A stretch of 64,000 nucleotides of DNA, taken from NCBI GenBank assembly GCA_032250735.1, contig JAVVEP010000009.1:32334-96333 (forward strand), given 5' to 3'. The notes below the pieces were generated by a model. It had not been told where the DNA came from, did not search any database, and was given only the letters and a program-made list of their open reading frames with translations. Positions 42,672-52,236 of this stretch are shown piece after piece. The stretch comes from Gammaproteobacteria bacterium. GTDB lineage: Bacteria; Pseudomonadota; Gammaproteobacteria; SZUA-152. The translations under genes and the position numbers were made by a program. Every line of letters begins with the position of its first letter. The first letter of the stretch is position 1.

Positions 42672-43760
42672 ATGAGCCGCGTCGACGCCTTTCTGGAGCT
42701 GCTGGTCAAACAGTCCGGCTCCGACCTGCACCTGGTTTCAGGCAATCCCCCGCGGATACGCCTGTACGGCGAGATCCACCCCATCAAATACCGCGAACTG
42801 ACCGAGAGCGAAACCGAAGACCTGCTGTTCGAGATCATGCCGCAACGGGTCAAAACGGTGTTGGCCGAAAAGGGCGGGGCCGATTTTTCCTACCAGCTGC
42901 CCGATGTGGCCCGTTTTCGCGTCAATGTGTTTCGCCACCTCGGCGGCATTGGCGCGGTGTTCCGGGCCATCCCCAACCAGATCACGCCCCTGGAGGAGCT
43001 GCGCATGCCGGCGGTGCTGAAGACCCTGGCCCGCCAGCGCAAGGGGCTGATTCTGGTGGCCGGCCCCACCGGCTCGGGCAAATCCACCACCCTCGCGGCG
43101 ATCATCGACTTCATCAATCGGGAGCGCAAAGGCCACATCATCACCATCGAAGACCCGGTGGAACACCTGCACAGCAACAAGACCTGCCTGATGAGCCAGC
43201 GGGAGCTGGGCGATCACACCGAGGGCTTCGCCCAGGCGCTGCGTTCCGCCCTGCGCGAGGACCCCGACGTGATCCTGGTGGGAGAAATGCGCGACCTGGA
43301 GACCATCAGCCTGGCCGTGACCGCCGCCGAGATGGGTATCCTGATCCTCGCGACCCTGCACACCAATGGCGCCGCCGCCGCCATCGACCGGATCATCAAC
43401 GTCTTCCCGCCGGGCGAAGAACCCTATATCCGCACCATGCTGTCCACCTCGCTGTGCGGGGTGATCTCCCAGCAACTGGTAAAAACGGCCGATAATCGTG
43501 GCAGACTTGCAGCGGTAGAGACTCTGATTAATAATTCCGCTGCGTCGAACATGATCCGCGAGGGGAAAACCGAGCAGCTGGAGAACGTGATTCAGGCCGG
43601 GGCGCTACAGGGGATGCAGACGATCGACACCGCGCTACGCCGCCTGCTCGATGAAAAATTGATTACCGGCGAAGAGGCCTACCGAAAGGCCCGCCAGAAA
43701 TCAAACTTTGAACAATATAGGGAACACGATGAATCACTCAAGCCGATCACCCGCCAATGA
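42672..43760 (+). CDS. PilT/PilU-family type IV pilus retraction ATPase, paralog 2
   Basis: GPTGSGKSTT, TIEDPVE, DVILVGEMRDLETI, ASNMIREGK. 2 nt after the previous stop. Confidence 0.85.
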   Translation: MSRVDAFLELLVKQSGSDLHLVSGNPPRIRLYGEIHPIKYRELTESETEDLLFEIMPQRVKTVLAEKGGADFSYQLPDVARFRVNVFRHLGGIGAVFRAIPNQITPLEELRMPAVLKTLARQRKGLILVAGPTGSGKSTTLAAIIDFINRERKGHIITIEDPVEHLHSNKTCLMSQRELGDHTEGFAQALRSALREDPDVILVGEMRDLETISLAVTAAEMGILILATLHTNGAAAAIDRIINVFPPGEEPYIRTMLSTSLCGVISQQLVKTADNRGRLAAVETLINNSAASNMIREGKTEQLENVIQAGALQGMQTIDTALRRLLDEKLITGEEAYRKARQKSNFEQYREHDESLKPITRQ

Positions 43761-44541
43761 CAGACGGACCCATGCACCGGTCTCCCTCCACAGCGGGCGG
43801 GATGCGGCCTCTCCCGGCGTGTCGCCGGAAGCGGGACAGGTCGGTGACGTCGCCGCCCGCGCCCCTGAGGCGCGGCGTCGACTGATCCTCACCCTGGAAG
43901 GCAAGATCATCCGCGAAATTCCCGTTACCGGCCGTCCCATCAGCATCGGGCGCAAACATGACAACGACATTCAGCTGAATGACCTGACCCTGAGCGGACG
44001 GCATGCGCAGATCTCCAGCGTGCCCGATTATGTCTTTATCGAAGACCTGGGCAGCACCAACGGCACCCTGGTCAACGGCAATCACGTGAAGAAGGTGGCG
44101 CTGGAACACGGCGACATTGTCCAGATCGGCCACCACCAGTTGACCTATATGCAGGAGTCGGAGAACAGCTACGAACCCACCATGTTCATCAAGGCCGAAT
44201 TCGACGAGACGCAGTTCATCTATGCCGACGACATCGCCACCCACGTGGTCAAGGGACTGCCACTGGGCGGATTCCGGACCGTGGGTGGCCCCGGCACAAA
44301 GTGTGTGATGGAGCTGCGTAAAACCTACAACACGATCGGCTTTCAGGGTAAGCGCGTGGCACTGATCACCCGTGGCACCGGCGGCTATTACATCACCTCC
44401 GTTGCCGGCACCCGCAGTCGTAGAACCTCCGACATACCCCTGCTGAACAATGCCGTTATCAACACCGAACTGACGCTGCTAAAGGAAAACGACATTATCA
44501 ACATCGCCGGCTTTGAGGTGCAGTTTTATTTTTTAAACTAG
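43708..44541 (+). CDS. FHA-domain protein (N-terminal FHA, uncharacterised C-terminal domain), paralog A
   Basis: FHA: ISIGRKHDNDIQLNDLTLSGRHAQI...EDLGSTNGTLVNG. The C-terminal domain is shared with the next ORF. The start is ambiguous (43708 or 43729) and overlaps the ATPase end. Confidence 0.75.
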   Translation: MNNIGNTMNHSSRSPANDRRTHAPVSLHSGRDAASPGVSPEAGQVGDVAARAPEARRRLILTLEGKIIREIPVTGRPISIGRKHDNDIQLNDLTLSGRHAQISSVPDYVFIEDLGSTNGTLVNGNHVKKVALEHGDIVQIGHHQLTYMQESENSYEPTMFIKAEFDETQFIYADDIATHVVKGLPLGGFRTVGGPGTKCVMELRKTYNTIGFQGKRVALITRGTGGYYITSVAGTRSRRTSDIPLLNNAVINTELTLLKENDIINIAGFEVQFYFLN

Positions 44542-44677
44542 CTGCCCGAGTTAAACGCCGAGTCCAGTCTGTGAGCCCAGAGTTGCAACCAGAACCAGCC
44601 TCAAACCCGACTCACCGAAATTCAACCATGCCACATAAGAAAGTGTGGCGAGCTGAACCTCGCAAGGATTTGCACGC

Positions 44678-45355
44678 ATGAACAGTAAACTCATCCTGAC
44701 CCTGGATGGCGAAATCATCAATGAATATGCGCTCGATCGCGCACATCTCAGCATTGGCCGGAAACACGGTAATGACATCCAGCTCAATGACCTGACCGTC
44801 AGTGGCCGTCATGCCATGATCAGTTCATCACTGCCGGAGCAGGTGTTTGCCGAAGACCTGGGCAGCACCAACGGCACCCTGGTCAATGGCAATCACATCA
44901 AAAAGACCTCGCTGCAACACGGCGACATCATTCAGGTGGGACACCACCAGTTCACGTTTCTGAATGAGGGCGAGGCCCGCTATGAGCCCACCATGTTTAT
45001 CAAGGCCGAGTTGGATGATACGCAGATGGTATTGCCCGACTGGGAGTCCCGCGCCGAGACCATCAAGGGTCAGCCGCTGGCGGGTCTACGAACCTTGAAC
45101 GGTCCCCTTGCCCGTACCGTGATGGAACTGCGTAAACCGTTCAGTACCCTCGGCTTCCAGGGCCACAAACTGGCGCTGATCAGCCGGGGCTTAAACAGCT
45201 ATTCCATCAGCCCGGTGCATGCCTCCAAGCATCGCCGCGGCACAGACACCCCCTTACTCAACGGCGAACCTCTTGGTGCATTGCCCGTCGAGCTCAAGCC
45301 CGACGACACCATCAGCATCGCCGGCTTTGAAGTGGCGTTTTATTACATCCATTAG
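44678..45355 (+). CDS. FHA-domain protein, paralog B (same architecture as 43708-44541)
   Basis: FHA: LSIGRKHGNDIQLNDLTVSGRHAMI...EDLGSTNGTLVNG. Conserved C-terminus TMFIKAE.D.TQ...MELRK...GFQG...ISIAGFEV.FY. Confidence 0.78.
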   Translation: MNSKLILTLDGEIINEYALDRAHLSIGRKHGNDIQLNDLTVSGRHAMISSSLPEQVFAEDLGSTNGTLVNGNHIKKTSLQHGDIIQVGHHQFTFLNEGEARYEPTMFIKAELDDTQMVLPDWESRAETIKGQPLAGLRTLNGPLARTVMELRKPFSTLGFQGHKLALISRGLNSYSISPVHASKHRRGTDTPLLNGEPLGALPVELKPDDTISIAGFEVAFYYIH

Positions 45356-45472
45356 TGGTTAGGTGACACCGGAGCCATGGAATTGGCACGGAGCAGCAGG
45401 GTCTCGTGCCGACCTGGCTGGGATTCAGACCAGGGTCTGTCGGCGCGGACGCAAGAAAGTCACACGCCCCAT

Positions 45473-46933
45473 CTATTTTGCGTACGGATTGGCACCCGCC
45501 GGCAGGGTCTGTTGCGCGGAGGATTTCTGCATTGCCGGCACCTTGTTCGCCGTCACAATTTCTATCGAGCGCAGCGACTCCAGCTCCGCGATACTGGCCT
45601 CGAGCGACACCGCCTCGGTAATACCTTGTTGCAGGAATTCGGATAACTGCGGATACAGCGCCACCGCCTCATCAACACGCGCATCGCTGCCCGGTCGGTA
45701 GGCGCCAACGCTAATGAGATCCCGGTGCTGACGGTAGGTTGAATACCACTGCTTGAACTGACGCGTGGCATCCTGGTGTTCCGGCGTGGTGATCTCCGTC
45801 ATGGCGCGACTGATGGAGGCCTCGACATCAATCGCAGGATAGTGGCCGGAATCCGCCAGCTCACGTGACAACACGATATGCCCATCGAGAATCGCACGCG
45901 CCGCATCCGCAATCGGGTCCTGCTGATCATCCCCCTCCGTCAACACGGTATAGAATGCCGTGATCGAACCACCGCCCGTATCACCGTTACCGGCCCGCTC
46001 CACCAGCTGCGGAATTTTCGCAAACACAGAAGGTGGATAACCTTTAGTAGCCGGTGGCTCGCCAATCGCCAGTGCCACCTCACGCTGTGCCTGGGCATAG
46101 CGCGTCAGGGAGTCCATCAACAAAAGTACATTGAGTCCCTGGTCCCGGAAATATTCCGCGATACGTGTCGCCAGGGTGGCGCCATGCAGGCGTAAAACCG
46201 GGGCGTCATCCGCCGGTGATGCCACCACCACGGCGCGCGACATGCCTTCCTCGCCCAGAATGTTTTCAATGAATTCCTTGACTTCGCGACCGCGTTCACC
46301 GATCAGCCCAACCACGATCACATCCGCCGTGGTGTATTTTGTCATCATGCCAAGCAGCACGCTTTTACCCACACCACTACCCGCAAACAGACCCATGCGT
46401 TGACCGCGCCCCACACTCAACAGGGCATTGATCGCACGGATACCTACATCCAGTTTCTCGCGAATCGGCTGCCGCGCCAGCGGATTGATGGCACGCCCCG
46501 CCAACGGCACACGGTCACTGGTGCTGATGGCCCCCTTCCCGTCCAGAGGATTGCCCGCGCCGTCCAGCACGCGCCCCAATAGTTCAGGGCCGACGGCGAC
46601 ATCATATACTTCCTTGCTGGGCACAACGCGGGCGTTTGGCAGAATGCCGTGCATGCGCCCGACGGGCATTAAATAGAGTTTTTCACCGGAAAACCCGACC
46701 ACCTCTGCCTCGATGTCCGTACCGTCAGGCCCCTCCACCAGGCAGCGCGAACCCACAGGGGCATGGCAACCAACGGCCTCCAGGGTGAGGCCGACCATCC
46801 GCGTCAGATGGCCTTCGACGATCAGCTTTGGACGATCAACCAGCCGCTCCACCGCGGCAAGACGTTTGGCCCACAGCCCACTGCGGTTGACCGCACTGAG
46901 CGTGTCATCACTGTCATGGATGGAGTCGCCCAT
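45473..46933 (-). CDS. fliI: Flagellum-specific ATPase FliI
   Basis: Walker A GSGVGKS, T3SS ATPase fold. The ORF is open to 46975; the start is set at the ATG at 46933 to avoid running into fliH. Confidence 0.9.
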   Translation of the reverse strand: MGDSIHDSDDTLSAVNRSGLWAKRLAAVERLVDRPKLIVEGHLTRMVGLTLEAVGCHAPVGSRCLVEGPDGTDIEAEVVGFSGEKLYLMPVGRMHGILPNARVVPSKEVYDVAVGPELLGRVLDGAGNPLDGKGAISTSDRVPLAGRAINPLARQPIREKLDVGIRAINALLSVGRGQRMGLFAGSGVGKSVLLGMMTKYTTADVIVVGLIGERGREVKEFIENILGEEGMSRAVVVASPADDAPVLRLHGATLATRIAEYFRDQGLNVLLLMDSLTRYAQAQREVALAIGEPPATKGYPPSVFAKIPQLVERAGNGDTGGGSITAFYTVLTEGDDQQDPIADAARAILDGHIVLSRELADSGHYPAIDVEASISRAMTEITTPEHQDATRQFKQWYSTYRQHRDLISVGAYRPGSDARVDEAVALYPQLSEFLQQGITEAVSLEASIAELESLRSIEIVTANKVPAMQKSSAQQTLPAGANPYAK

Positions 46934-46940
46934 CGCTCGG

Positions 46941-47624
46941 TTATTCGTCGTCCGCCGGCGCGGCAGGTGTCGCATCGCGGCCCCGCGCGTCGGCCAGCAA
47001 CGGCGCGACCACCGCAGTCAGTCGCTTTTCCAGCGTCGCCTCAATCTGCGACACCCTGGTGAGAATTCTGCAATCACCACGCATCAGGCTGGGGTCTTCC
47101 ACCAACGACCAGTTTTGGTCGGCGCCTGACTGCGCGATCGACTCACGCATCAGCAGCACATCATCCGGGTGCAGACAGACTTTGACATCCTGTGAACCGA
47201 TGGGGAGCACCGCCAGGGCCTCGCGAACCACACCGACGACCTGGCCTGGGTCCGCCTTGAGCTCACGCCGCACCAACTGTCTGGCAATAGACAGCGCAAG
47301 GCTTACCAGCTGCTGTTCAACCGCTTCATCCAGCCGATCAAGCGGATGACTGAGTGAATCGAGCATCGTGGTTAATAATTTTTCCTTGGTGGCGATTTCC
47401 GCCTTGCCGGATGCCATGCCTTCCTGCCGGCCCTTCTGAAAACCGGCATCGTATGCTTCCTTGTAGGCCTGCTTCTGAATACGTTCGATCTGCTCTGCCG
47501 TCATCAGGCCCGGCGCCTTGCCATGACGGGCATCCTTTACGGCGGCGGAGACATCTTCAACGATCGGCAGATCCCAGCATTCAAAGCCGTGCGCAGCATC
47601 GCGGGGTATTACCCTGGAGGTCAT
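46941..47624 (-). CDS. fliH: Flagellar assembly protein FliH
   Basis: Position between fliG and fliI. FliH-like coiled-coil plus C-terminal domain. Confidence 0.8.
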   Translation of the reverse strand: MTSRVIPRDAAHGFECWDLPIVEDVSAAVKDARHGKAPGLMTAEQIERIQKQAYKEAYDAGFQKGRQEGMASGKAEIATKEKLLTTMLDSLSHPLDRLDEAVEQQLVSLALSIARQLVRRELKADPGQVVGVVREALAVLPIGSQDVKVCLHPDDVLLMRESIAQSGADQNWSLVEDPSLMRGDCRILTRVSQIEATLEKRLTAVVAPLLADARGRDATPAAPADDE

Positions 47625-48637
47625 TACACGTACTCCTCGCCACCCGAACCACCGAGCGCAATATCACCGGCATCCGCCAGACGGCGGGCAACGGAAAGTA
47701 TTTCTTTCTGTGCGCCCTCCACTTCACTCAGGCGCACCGGGCCCTTCGCCTCAAGGTCGTCACGCAGCATTTCGGCCGCGCGTTTTGACATGTTGCGGAA
47801 AATCTTCTCCTTCAGTTCATCATCCGTTCCCTTGAGGGCAAGCACCAGCGACTCGGATGAGATCTCCCGCAGAATGGTCTGGATATCACGGTCATCGACG
47901 GCATTGAGGTTGTCAAACACAAACATCAGGTCCTGAATATTCTGACCCAGGTCGGCATCGATCTCCTTCACGCTGTCCATCAGTTCACCTTCCAGCGCAC
48001 TATCGATGAAGTTGAGAATATTTGCCGCTGCCTTGATGCCGCCAACGCTGGACGATTTGACATTGTTCTTGCCGGTAAACTGTTTCTCCATAATGTCATT
48101 CAGCTCATTCAGCGCAGCTGGCTGGATGCCATCCAGCGTGGCGATACGCATCAGCACGTCAACGCGAATCTTTTCGGGAAACAGCGACAGCACTTCGGCG
48201 GACTGGTCGGGCTCAAGATAGGACAGCACAATGGCAATGATCTGCGGATGCTCCAGACGAATAATCTCGGCAACCGCCCGCGAGTCCATCCACTTGAGGG
48301 TTTCCAGACCTTTGGTATTTCCACCCTGTAAAATCCGATCGATGATATTATCCGCCTTGTCATCGCCCAACGCCTTTCTCAGCACCGTGCGCACATATTC
48401 GTCCGTGCCCAGGCCCAGACCGGTCTCTTCCAGGACCGTGGTGCAGAATTCGTTCAGCACCGACGTCACCTGGCCGCGGGTTACATTCTTTAGCTGCGCC
48501 ATCGCTGCACCCAGGGTTTGCACCTCCTTGGGGTCCATGTGTTTCAACACTTCCGAGGCCGACGCCTCACCGAGACTCATTAACAGTATCGCGGCACGAT
48601 CAACACCACGTACCTCATTATTTTTTTGATCAGCCAT
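47624..48637 (-). CDS. fliG: Flagellar motor switch protein FliG
   Basis: AAILLMSLGE..., torque-generating C-terminal domain. Canonical position. Confidence 0.9.
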   Translation of the reverse strand: MADQKNNEVRGVDRAAILLMSLGEASASEVLKHMDPKEVQTLGAAMAQLKNVTRGQVTSVLNEFCTTVLEETGLGLGTDEYVRTVLRKALGDDKADNIIDRILQGGNTKGLETLKWMDSRAVAEIIRLEHPQIIAIVLSYLEPDQSAEVLSLFPEKIRVDVLMRIATLDGIQPAALNELNDIMEKQFTGKNNVKSSSVGGIKAAANILNFIDSALEGELMDSVKEIDADLGQNIQDLMFVFDNLNAVDDRDIQTILREISSESLVLALKGTDDELKEKIFRNMSKRAAEMLRDDLEAKGPVRLSEVEGAQKEILSVARRLADAGDIALGGSGGEEYV

Positions 48638-50273
48638 CCGATGCCACCCAGTTTTTAACAACCTGCGCCACTAGTTTTGGATCCTGCTCAACGGCCGCGT
48701 TTGCCGTTAGCAGATTTTGCTCATAACTGCCCGGCGCCTTGATGGCGAGGTTTTCGGGTTTCGCACCCAGCGTCAGCGTATCGTCAGACATCGCCCGTTC
48801 ATTATTACCAAATGCAGCGACCGGCATCATCTTGGACTGGGTGGCCAGCTGCCTCAGGATAGGCTTGAGCACACCGAACAATAACAACATCACCAACAAT
48901 GCACCCAGGGATTTCTTGGCAACATCCTGCGCCCAGCCCTGCTCCCAGAGAGGCACTTCCGGTAGCTCTTCCGGCGTAACAGGCATGGTGAAGGATGAAT
49001 TCATGATGTTCAGGGTATCACCACGCTGGGCATTAAAGCCGACCGCCTCCTTGACCAGATTGCTCAGTCGATCCAGCTCTTCCGGCGTGCGCTGTGTCCG
49101 GGTCAACGAACCATCGGCCGCCGTTATCAGGGAATCATCCACCACCACGGCGACTGAGAGGCGGCGGAGACGCCCCATGGAAAAACGGGTATGGCTGATC
49201 GTCTTGTCCAGTTCGTAGTTTTTGATTTCCTTGCGATGCGAGTTGCTGGAACCATTTGCGCCGCCGTTAACGCCACCCTCGACACCCCCATTGACAAGCT
49301 CTGGTGCGGTCGCCGCGCCCGGAGGCTGGTTGGACAAGGCACCAGGAATCCCGCCATTCATGCTGCCACCCGATGACTGCTCGACCAGGGTCTGATTACT
49401 CCGCAGGGCCGGGGTATCCGGGTTAAAGCTCTCCTGGGTCTGCTCACTCATGGTGAAATCGATATCCGCGGTCACCTGTGCGCGAACGGACTCCGAACCC
49501 AGAATCGGTGTGAGCAGGCGCTCGATGCGATCGATATAACTGTTTTCCAGCCGGCTGGCATACTCAAACTGTGCGCCGGTCTTTGCCATCTTCTGGGTCG
49601 ATTCACCACGCGACAGCAGGTTGCCTCGTTGGTCCACGATAGTGACGTTCGAGATATTCATATCCGCAACACTGGATGAGACCATGTGCATAATCGATGA
49701 CACCTGCCCTTCATCCAGGTTTCTTCCCGGAAACAGGTTGACCACCACGGAGGCACTCGCATTCTTTCGATTGCGCACAAACACTGACTGCTGTGGCACC
49801 GCCAGATGCACTCTGGCATTTTTGACATTGCTCAGGCTGGAGATGGTCCGCGCCAGTTCAATCTCCAGCGCGCGCTGGTAACGCGCCTTTTCCATAAATT
49901 GCGAAACGCCAAAATTATTTTTTTCGTCCAGCGCGTCAAAACCGGCACTCACGCCTTTTGGCAGTCCCATCGACGCCAGCTTGATTCGTGCATCATGAAT
50001 ACTGCTGGTGGGCACCAGAATCGCCCCTGTCGCCTGATCCAGTTTTGCCTCAAACCCGTTCTGCTGAAGTGCATCCAGCACCGTGCTGACATCCTGCTCT
50101 TCAAGCGCGCCGTACAGCACGCCAAAACTGGGCGCCCATGACCAGAGCACAATCGTAACGCCCAGGGCGACGCTGGCGGCAAGGCCCAGCATGATCCCGA
50201 TCTGTCGGAAGGCATGCAGGCCACTCAAACCAGTGAACCCCGCGGATACTTCTTCGGCTTTTACCAGTGCCAT
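48630..50273 (-). CDS. fliF: Flagellar M-ring protein FliF
   Basis: 547 aa, two TM helices, secretin/YscJ-like domain. Canonical position. Confidence 0.9.
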   Translation of the reverse strand: MALVKAEEVSAGFTGLSGLHAFRQIGIMLGLAASVALGVTIVLWSWAPSFGVLYGALEEQDVSTVLDALQQNGFEAKLDQATGAILVPTSSIHDARIKLASMGLPKGVSAGFDALDEKNNFGVSQFMEKARYQRALEIELARTISSLSNVKNARVHLAVPQQSVFVRNRKNASASVVVNLFPGRNLDEGQVSSIMHMVSSSVADMNISNVTIVDQRGNLLSRGESTQKMAKTGAQFEYASRLENSYIDRIERLLTPILGSESVRAQVTADIDFTMSEQTQESFNPDTPALRSNQTLVEQSSGGSMNGGIPGALSNQPPGAATAPELVNGGVEGGVNGGANGSSNSHRKEIKNYELDKTISHTRFSMGRLRRLSVAVVVDDSLITAADGSLTRTQRTPEELDRLSNLVKEAVGFNAQRGDTLNIMNSSFTMPVTPEELPEVPLWEQGWAQDVAKKSLGALLVMLLLFGVLKPILRQLATQSKMMPVAAFGNNERAMSDDTLTLGAKPENLAIKAPGSYEQNLLTANAAVEQDPKLVAQVVKNWVASDG

Positions 50274-50328
50274 AATTGACCTTTACCCATCATTAATGAT
50301 TACGAATTTGACAACATTACCGGCTACG

Positions 50329-50649
50329 CTAAACCTGCATTGCCATGATTTCCTTGTAGGCGCCCAACAGTTTATTTCTAACCTGAAGCGTCGCCTCAAA
50401 GGCGATGCCCGATTTCTGTTTCGCGATCATCACCTCGGCAAGGCTGACGGCTGGATCACCCATCACAAAGGCATCGCCTAGCCGCCCGGCCTCCTGCTGG
50501 ACTTCATTGACACTGTTGATGCTCTTCATCAGCATTGAACTAAAGTCACTGCCGGCGGGGCCACTCTCCTGTAGTTGCGGCGTACCCTGCGCCGCCGCGG
50601 CCATGGCCCGCATCTGGGTGATCAATTGACTGGTATCGATTTCATTCAT
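50329..50649 (-). CDS. fliE: Flagellar hook-basal body protein FliE
   Basis: 106 aa with FliE C-terminal motif (AEVMIAKQKSGIAFEATLQVRNKL). Confidence 0.88.
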   Translation of the reverse strand: MNEIDTSQLITQMRAMAAAAQGTPQLQESGPAGSDFSSMLMKSINSVNEVQQEAGRLGDAFVMGDPAVSLAEVMIAKQKSGIAFEATLQVRNKLLGAYKEIMAMQV

Positions 50650-50707
50650 CGTTGTTCTCCTACTTCAATATACAGGAAGCTGATTACCGCTTTTTACTAA
50701 CAAGGCG

Positions 50708-50815
50708 CATGGAAAGGATACCCTTCAATCAAGACCGTCAGCAGCAGGGATGCTGCTGTCGAGCGTACACGGATGTATTCTCAGCGCGTCTTGATTGAAG
50801 GGTATCCTTTTCATG
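50708..50815. mobile_element. MITE-like element, copy 2 (same 27-bp terminal inverted repeats as copy 1, 1 mismatch in one repeat; internal region in opposite orientation)
   Basis: Intergenic between fleR and fliE. The flanks also resemble those of copy 1 for about 15 bp. Confidence 0.7.
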
Positions 50816-50850
50816 TGATGCAATAATAATTCATTACAAAAAAGCAAAAT

Positions 50851-52212
50851 CTATGCCGTTTCCGCCCCATAACGCCCGGGAACGGTCATGCCGATTTCCC
50901 GCATTCGTGCCAGTTTGTAACGCAGGGTCCGCTGGCTGATCCCCAGCTTGTCGGCGGCCGTTTGCCGATTGCCGTGATCGGCCTGCAGCACGGCCAGAAT
51001 TCTGTTGTATTCATGATTCTTCATTTCATTGCCCAGCGTGCTTGGCTCGCCGTTACCCATCACATCCAGGCCAGCCTCATCGGCCGACAGGTTTTCAAAC
51101 TGCACATCACTGGCGGTGATCTTGTCGCCGTTACTCAGTATCAGGGCGCGCTGCACGACGTTGTCCAGCTCACGCACATTGCCGGGCCATTGATGCGCCA
51201 TCAGGCGCTCACACGCCGCGGTGGTTAGCTCCGGCAACGGTGCCTGGCTGGACTGAAAGTGTTTCTCGATAAGCTTCCTGCTCAGCGGCAGGATGTCACC
51301 GGTACGCTCACGCAAGGCGGGAATCTGGATGGGGAATACATTCAGGCGGTAAAACAGATCTTCGCGAAAACGGCCTTCGTTGACCTCGGTGCGCATCAGG
51401 CGGTTGGACGTCGCCAGTACGCGGACATCCAGCGCCATGGTTTTCTGTCCACCCAGGCGTTCCACCTCCCGCTCCTGCAGGACCCGCAGCAGCTTTGCCT
51501 GCAGGGCCGCATCCATTTCCGAGATCTCGTCCAGCAATAACGTGCCGCCCTGGGCCAGTTCGAACTTTCCCGGGCAGGCCTTGTAGGCCCCGGTGAAGGC
51601 GCCCTTCTCGTAGCCGAACAACGTGGCTTCCAGCATGTTCTCGGGGATCGCGGCACAGTTGATCGCGACAAAGGGTTTGTCCGCACGCGATGAATTGTTG
51701 TGAATGAATCGCGCCAGCACCTCTTTGCCGACGCCACTTTCACCGGTCAGCATGATGGTGGCATCACTCTCGGCCACCCGTCGTACCAGTTCCACCAGCT
51801 CCTTACTGCGCAGATCCTCGGCGACCATCGTGTCGGTCGCGATATTGCGTGTGCCGACATAGCGGCTCACCATGGTGGCCAGCACTTCGGCCTCGAAGGG
51901 TTTGCTCAGATAATCCACAGCACCATCGCGCATCGCCTCAACGGCCATCTGAATGGAACCATAGGCGGTCATTAACATCACCGGCAGATCCTGCCATTGC
52001 GCCTTGATCTGCTTCAGCAGCTCATGGCCATCCATGCCGGGCATCTGGATGTCGGTAATCACCATATCCACCATTTTCCGGCGGAGGATTTCCAGGGCCT
52101 CGACACCATCGTTCGCGGTCTCGGTGCCATAACCCGCCAGTGCCAGGGTATCGCACAGCGCGATCTGCAAATCCGCATCATCTTCAACCACGAGTATTAC
52201 TGCTTGAGTCAT
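50851..52212 (-). CDS. fleR: Sigma-54-dependent flagellar response regulator FleR/FlrC
   Basis: REC (ILVVEDDADL...DIQMPGMDG), AAA+ sigma-54 activator (GESGVGKE, GAFTGA-type ESELFGHEKGAFTGA), C-terminal HTH. Confidence 0.9.
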   Translation of the reverse strand: MTQAVILVVEDDADLQIALCDTLALAGYGTETANDGVEALEILRRKMVDMVITDIQMPGMDGHELLKQIKAQWQDLPVMLMTAYGSIQMAVEAMRDGAVDYLSKPFEAEVLATMVSRYVGTRNIATDTMVAEDLRSKELVELVRRVAESDATIMLTGESGVGKEVLARFIHNNSSRADKPFVAINCAAIPENMLEATLFGYEKGAFTGAYKACPGKFELAQGGTLLLDEISEMDAALQAKLLRVLQEREVERLGGQKTMALDVRVLATSNRLMRTEVNEGRFREDLFYRLNVFPIQIPALRERTGDILPLSRKLIEKHFQSSQAPLPELTTAACERLMAHQWPGNVRELDNVVQRALILSNGDKITASDVQFENLSADEAGLDVMGNGEPSTLGNEMKNHEYNRILAVLQADHGNRQTAADKLGISQRTLRYKLARMREIGMTVPGRYGAETA

Positions 52213-52236
52213 ACAACCTCCTGAAATTCGGGCGTG

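Noticed and set aside
45380-45420. Hairpin GGCACGG...CTCGTGCC between FHA paralog B and fliI as a terminator
   Set aside because: The stem is only 6-7 bp, the loop is 14 nt and there is no T-run. It is too weak to call.
50650-50850. Sigma-54 promoter for fliE within or near MITE copy 2
   Set aside because: The closest GG/GC candidates have wrong spacing (GG-N12-GC), so there is no acceptable -24/-12 match.
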